Source of the DNA: a virus
Lineage: Duplodnaviria > Caudoviricetes
DNA length: 64,000 nt
Strand: one strand, 5' to 3'
Virus record (IMG/VR): IMGVR_UViG_3300025876_001969
Location: 1,458 to 65,457 of that record
Below, one piece after another: positions 59,604-64,000 of this stretch; the stretch's first letter is position 1; the number at the start of each line of letters is the position of its first letter. The translations under genes were made by a program, and so were the position numbers. The notes beneath the pieces were generated by a model. It was not told the origin of the DNA, did not search any database, and saw only the letters and a program-made list of their open reading frames with translations.

Positions 59604-60193
59604 TTTCAGAAAAGTTGAAATGCGTTTTCGTGCATATTCCTAAGTGTGCCGGCAGTTCAATTAATCTTGACTTAAAATTAACTTCTGTGGGTTTTTCTGG
59701 GCATAGTCCAGCTTCTTGTCATTTTGATTACATCGGCCAAGGTTATTTTTCTTTTACGTTTATTCGAAATCCATACGATAGGGTTGCTTCCGCTTATAGG
59801 TATTTTCAAAAATTAGTTCCGGGCCATAGATGGTACAAAAGAAATAGCATTATAGCTGACCTAGCTAACGAACTAGACTTCAGTGGTTTCGTTAATCACA
59901 TAGACGACTTTAAGCAGCTAATGAAAAGAGAAGATGGCTCTTATGAGTCCGGCATCCACTTTCAACCGTTCTCTTATTTCTTAGATGAGCCTGTTGATTT
60001 TATTGGTCGACACGAGAACATACAGCATGATTACTTCAGCATTAGATCCAAATTAAACCTTCCAATAAAGAACCTACCAAAAACAAACTCAACAAACAAT
60101 AAAGACTATAGAGAATTATACGTAGAAGATAGCAAGAATATTGTGTATAATACATACAAAGAAGACATAAAAAAATATAACTACAAATTTTAA
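59600..60193 (+). CDS. sulfotransferase (Sulfotransfer_2 family)
   Basis: 'HIPKCAGSS', 'IRNPYDRVAS', 'IGRHEN'. Confidence 0.85.
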   Translation: MISEKLKCVFVHIPKCAGSSINLDLKLTSVGFSGHSPASCHFDYIGQGYFSFTFIRNPYDRVASAYRYFQKLVPGHRWYKRNSIIADLANELDFSGFVNHIDDFKQLMKREDGSYESGIHFQPFSYFLDEPVDFIGRHENIQHDYFSIRSKLNLPIKNLPKTNSTNNKDYRELYVEDSKNIVYNTYKEDIKKYNYKF

Positions 60194-60198
60194 ATAAA

Positions 60199-60765
60199 AT
60201 GCCATTACCATACGAATTCGAACTAGATGATTCCAGGCTTTCTCTGCTGGAAAAGATTAAACCAGGAGATGTTTGCGCAGAAATAGGTGTATTCAGGGGC
60301 GACTTTTCTGAATTCATGCTGAAGATGGACCCAAGTAAGCTTTATCTAGTTGATCCATGGGTTAGCATAATGGATATTCCAGCTAGATGGCACGCAATTG
60401 ATCAGGGTGAATTAGATTTGATCAAGCAAAACGTCGTTAATAAATTCTCTTCAGACAATCGTGTGGAAATTATTGAAAAATACTCAATTGATGCACTTGA
60501 TGACTTCGAAGATAGCTCGTTTGACTGGATTTATCTTGACGCGAATCATTCATATTCTTTCATTCAGCAGGATTTAGAAAATTGGTGGACAAAATTAAAG
60601 CCTGGCGGAACAATGTGCGGAAACGCCTACCAAGATGATGATGCTCAAATTAGGCTTCTTGACTTTGGCGTTATACCTGCAGTAGATTCATTCTTAGAAG
60701 ACTTTTTTGACGAAATAGAAAATTTTGAAATCATAGAATATCAATTCGTATTAACAAAAAAATGA
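60199..60765 (+). CDS. class I SAM methyltransferase (Methyltransf_24-like), paralog of 59061
   Basis: 'AEIGVFRG', 'LVDPW', 'WIYLDANHSY'. Confidence 0.85.
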   Translation: MPLPYEFELDDSRLSLLEKIKPGDVCAEIGVFRGDFSEFMLKMDPSKLYLVDPWVSIMDIPARWHAIDQGELDLIKQNVVNKFSSDNRVEIIEKYSIDALDDFEDSSFDWIYLDANHSYSFIQQDLENWWTKLKPGGTMCGNAYQDDDAQIRLLDFGVIPAVDSFLEDFFDEIENFEIIEYQFVLTKK

Positions 60766-61754
60766 AAATATTAGTTGGAGGAGCGGGCGGCTTTATTGCC
60801 GGTTATTTAGTTAAAGATTTATTAGCGCAAGGGCACGAAGTTATTGCTGCCGATATTAAACCATCAGAAGAGTGGTATCAAACTTTTGATGCTGCTGAAA
60901 ATCATTTTGACTGTGATCTTGGGGAAAAGCACCATTGTTACAATCTATCAAAAGGTGTTGAGCGAATCTACAATCTTGCTTGTAACATGGGTGGCATGGG
61001 TTTCATTCAAAACAATCATGCTCTTTGTATGGAATCAGTTTTAATTCAGGCGCACATGCTTATGGCTGCCAGAGACAACGGGGTCAAAGAAATACTCTAT
61101 AGCTCCTCTGCCTGCATTTACCCTCAAGAGATTCAGTCTGACATTAAAGATGCTGCCTCACAGGGCTTAAAAGAGCACACTGCATACCCGGCAAATCCGG
61201 AAGATGGATATGGCTGGGAGAAACTCTTTAGCGAGATTTTAACTTCTTACTACGGCAAGGACTTTAATATTGATTCTAGGGTCTGTCGATACCACAACGT
61301 TTATGGCCCTTATGGCACATGGCGCGGAGGCCGCGAAAAAGCTCCAGCAGCTATTTGCCGTAAGGTTATTGACGCTAAGATGAGAGGCAATCATGAAATT
61401 GAAATCTGGGGTGATGGCGAGCAAACTCGTTCTTTTATGTATATCGACGATTGTATAACCGGAATGGACTTGATGTGGGAAAAAGGCGACACTCGTCCAT
61501 TGAATTTAGGTAGTGACGAAATGGTTTCAATCAATCAGCTGGTTGATATAGCTGAAGGTATTGGTGGGATTAAATTAAAAAGAAACTACAATCTTGATGC
61601 GCCGCAAGGAGTTCGTGGTCGAAATAGCGACAATGAAATGATCAAAGAGGTGCTTGGATGGGCTCCATCAATCACCCTACAAGACGGACTCGAGAAAACT
61701 TATGCCTGGATTTACGATCAGATGCAAAATTGCAGTGACTCATCAGGGTATTAA
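60762..61754 (+). CDS. GDP-mannose 3,5-epimerase-like SDR
   Basis: 'NLACNMGGMGFIQ', 'SSACIYP', 'PANPEDGYGWEKL', 'GGREKAPAAICRK', 'GVRGRNSDN'. Confidence 0.9.
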   Translation: MKILVGGAGGFIAGYLVKDLLAQGHEVIAADIKPSEEWYQTFDAAENHFDCDLGEKHHCYNLSKGVERIYNLACNMGGMGFIQNNHALCMESVLIQAHMLMAARDNGVKEILYSSSACIYPQEIQSDIKDAASQGLKEHTAYPANPEDGYGWEKLFSEILTSYYGKDFNIDSRVCRYHNVYGPYGTWRGGREKAPAAICRKVIDAKMRGNHEIEIWGDGEQTRSFMYIDDCITGMDLMWEKGDTRPLNLGSDEMVSINQLVDIAEGIGGIKLKRNYNLDAPQGVRGRNSDNEMIKEVLGWAPSITLQDGLEKTYAWIYDQMQNCSDSSGY

Positions 61755-61771
61755 GTGTAAATACTTTTACT

Positions 61772-61966
61772 ATGATCGAATTCTACAACGTAAAAAAGAA
61801 AAAGAAAGTCTCAGTTGAAGAGTCTAGCGTTTCAAAACACGCTTACGAAAAAACAACCAAGACCGGAAAGCAATCGATAAGATACGCCTTAAAAGCGGTA
61901 GATGAAGACGGCACTAAGCTGACTAAATTCTGCAGCAAGGCTGACTACGATAAGCTTCCGGACTGA
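61772..61966 (+). CDS. small basic protein (DUF5679-like, Cys-free)
   Basis: 'EFYNVKKKKKV..RYALKAVDEDGTKLTKF'. Preceded by a GTGTAA motif. Confidence 0.65.
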   Translation: MIEFYNVKKKKKVSVEESSVSKHAYEKTTKTGKQSIRYALKAVDEDGTKLTKFCSKADYDKLPD

Positions 61967-62400
61967 TGGGGCCTATATTAAATACAATTCTTGGAGCAGG
62001 AATCAAGCTGCTCTGCAATTTAATTAATTCTTGGCTTGAGCAAAAACGCCAAGACCAACTCTTTATAGCTGCCAAAGATGCAGCTATGTTTGATGCTATT
62101 TGCAAAAACCAATCTGCTCAAGCCAGCGACCCCTTCGTGAAAATCTCAAGACGTATACTTTTTATGTCAATAACCTTCACTATGTGTTACTTGATGATTT
62201 ACTATGCCCACAACCCAGACATAACCTATAATCTGATAGTGCCAAAAGGAGAAGGAACTAGATGGGGATTTTTTAGTTGGATATTCGGAGCTAAAGACTG
62301 GGAGCTGGTTCAAATGACTGGAGGCTTGATGCTCTCGTCCTTTATGGATTTATGCTTTATGGTTGTTGGGTTTTATGCAATTCCCAGCAAAAGGCGCTAA
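61966..62400 (+). CDS. membrane protein, holin-like
   Basis: Amphipathic N-terminus, two TM segments, C-terminus 'VVGFYAIPSKRR'. Confidence 0.55.
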   Translation: MGPILNTILGAGIKLLCNLINSWLEQKRQDQLFIAAKDAAMFDAICKNQSAQASDPFVKISRRILFMSITFTMCYLMIYYAHNPDITYNLIVPKGEGTRWGFFSWIFGAKDWELVQMTGGLMLSSFMDLCFMVVGFYAIPSKRR

Positions 62401-62432
62401 AAAAGTGTATACTCTTATAAGATAATAAAATT

Positions 62433-63149
62433 ATGAGTACAATACCTACGCAAACATACGATAATCCTCTTTTTAGCGGAAGCAGTCAAGCATCACATTC
62501 TCCAGATGTAAATTTACAATACATATGGGATCAAGGAATTAATTCTGAGGCTGGCGGCTGGAGACCTTTAAATACTGGAGACTTACTGACTGTAAATATA
62601 GAAGATGCGCAGATCAACGTAAATTTAGACAAAGACGAAGACTCCGTAAACATCTATACCAGTGAAAATCAAGCGATCAACGTCGAGTCTACAGACTTAG
62701 ACGTTAGGGATCTGGCTAGCGACACAGATTTTGTTAGCGCCAACCTACAGGTGGGCGACGTAGATGTATCTGACGCTAATCCGGTTCCATCTTTTGACCC
62801 AAAGACTTATATCAGCTTTACAGATTCTACAAATTTTGACAGTGCGGACCTTGGAAGTAGTAGTGCATCGACGGACCTTCATCCGACTGCATCCCCTTGT
62901 TATAGCAAGCATGGCTACATAGCTCATTGCTATACTGGCGCCAACAATACCTTTACTGGTAGTTTTATATTTGAAGCTAGCATGGATGGGGCCAACTGGG
63001 CGTCAATAGAAACAAGGACAATCGAGTCCTCTACCGATACAACTTTTAGTTATTACGATGAATTCAACTTCAGATACAGCAGGGTTACCTTCACAGGTGA
63101 TGCTAATTTTACAGGAACTTGCTTGTTGCAGGAAAAGCATGATTTGTAA
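62433..63149 (+). CDS. hypothetical acidic virion protein
   Basis: D/S/T-rich, 'DLDVRDL', 'EASMDGANW'. Preceded by a GTGTAT motif. Confidence 0.55.
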   Translation: MSTIPTQTYDNPLFSGSSQASHSPDVNLQYIWDQGINSEAGGWRPLNTGDLLTVNIEDAQINVNLDKDEDSVNIYTSENQAINVESTDLDVRDLASDTDFVSANLQVGDVDVSDANPVPSFDPKTYISFTDSTNFDSADLGSSSASTDLHPTASPCYSKHGYIAHCYTGANNTFTGSFIFEASMDGANWASIETRTIESSTDTTFSYYDEFNFRYSRVTFTGDANFTGTCLLQEKHDL

Positions 63150-63985
63150 TGGGGGATATATCAAGCTTCAGGCTCATCGGTAAAACTTCCGCATACCAGA
63201 CTAAATTTTACCCCGACACTGAGCTCAAAAATTTTCAATATCGCTGGACCCCAGAAGAAAGTTCGCTATTTGCCTGGTATGACGCAAGCGACATATCCAC
63301 CATAACGGAATCTGCTGGAATCGTGTCTCAAGTTGACGATAAGTCAGACAATGGATTCCACTTAAATGTATTAACCGCCAATAAAGTTGGACCCAAGACG
63401 GGCGTAGAGACACTTAATAATTTAAATGTACTAACTTGGGACTTACCTGCTCAGGTGCTTGAGAATAATTCTTTTGCATACGATCAAAACTCCAAGGCAT
63501 TATACTTTGCCGTAATTTTCAAATGCAATATAAATAACCAGCAGGATTTCATTATTGCTGGCACTGAAAATACCGCGCCTGGTAATAGAATGTCTGCAAG
63601 GAGGACAGTTGGCTTCAATTCAATTCAAGTATTAGGGGGCAGTGGAACAGGTTCAAATATCGCCCTTAGCACGCCCCAAAACACCGCCAATGAGGGAGAG
63701 GATCTTTTAATTGTTGTGAAATTTAACGGAAGTAATTCTCATATCAGGATTGATGGAGAAATTAAAAATTCAGGGAACATTGGCACCAATCCATTTTCAT
63801 CACTTAATGTTGGAGCTAATGAGGGAGAGTTTTCTTCAATCAATGGATACATTGCTGAGCTCGTATTCTTTGAAGACTCTTCAGTCCAAGAAAAGATGGA
63901 AGGGTATTTAGCCCACAAGTGGGGTACTTCAGATAATCTCCCAGTGTCACACCCCTACAAATACCAGCCAAGATACTTCATTTAA
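63149..63985 (+). CDS. LamG/ConA-like virion protein, paralog of the C-terminal domain of 40367
   Basis: 'AWYDASD..DKSDNG..GPKTG..LN.LNV..QDFIIAGT..GGSGTG.NIA..EGYLAHKWG'. Confidence 0.7.
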   Translation: MGDISSFRLIGKTSAYQTKFYPDTELKNFQYRWTPEESSLFAWYDASDISTITESAGIVSQVDDKSDNGFHLNVLTANKVGPKTGVETLNNLNVLTWDLPAQVLENNSFAYDQNSKALYFAVIFKCNINNQQDFIIAGTENTAPGNRMSARRTVGFNSIQVLGGSGTGSNIALSTPQNTANEGEDLLIVVKFNGSNSHIRIDGEIKNSGNIGTNPFSSLNVGANEGEFSSINGYIAELVFFEDSSVQEKMEGYLAHKWGTSDNLPVSHPYKYQPRYFI

Positions 63986-64000
63986 TTCCCTTGACTTTTT

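Noticed and set aside
26222-61754. Bacterial O-antigen/capsule locus or eukaryotic giant-virus origin
   Set aside because: No wzx/wzy/ABC exporter is present. The region is contiguous with lambda-type tail genes, sigma70 promoters, a bacterial-type SSB and a sigma factor.
276-63413. Short antisense and overlapping ORFs from the track (e.g. 13190-13543, 15425-15907, 20878-21357, 38183-38464, 52197-52691, 53116-53529)
   Set aside because: They are shadows of confident genes, with low-complexity translations and no motifs.
42165-63985. Paralogous domains as a DGR template/variable repeat pair
   Set aside because: Differences are not adenine-specific, both copies are coding, and there is no reverse transcriptase in the window.
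1-64000. Stop-codon reassignment, introns or inteins (e.g. in nrdA/nrdB)
   Set aside because: Coding density is near-complete in the standard code, all three stops are used, and the RNR subunits are uninterrupted and of normal length.

Overview
This is an AT-rich, gene-dense fragment of a large tailed dsDNA bacteriophage with the standard genetic code. I saw no tRNA, rRNA, CRISPR or integrase. It has three blocks. (1) 1-18.6 kb, + strand: a lambda-type tail-tip operon in enlarged form (double gpM domain + vWA protein, gpL, gpK, gpI-gpJ fusion with a C-type lectin-like insert). (2) 18.6-26.0 kb, - strand, driven by sigma70-consensus promoters: a phage sigma factor, SSB, a putative ssDNA-annealing protein and GT-B glycosyltransferases, including a GT9 apparently split across two genes. 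(3) 26.2-64 kb, + strand: a very large glycan-building island (about 17 GT-like genes, 5 sulfotransferases, 3 methyltransferases, gmd/fcl, GDP-mannose 3,5-epimerase, NDP-sugar epimerase and dehydrogenase). It is interrupted by an nrdA-NUDIX-papain protease-nrdB cassette whose R2 lacks the radical tyrosine (class Ic type), and also contains a J-domain protein, a GHKL ATPase and structural genes. Non-coding highlights are a two-copy structured element (44-nt core, different but fully paired outer stems) bracketing the RNR cassette, a recurring GTGTA(A/T) putative late promoter mostly 14-17 nt before start codons, and a structured leader upstream of the sigma gene. All family calls come from motif recognition by eye with no database searches. 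A PVC/Verrucomicrobia host is only an inference.
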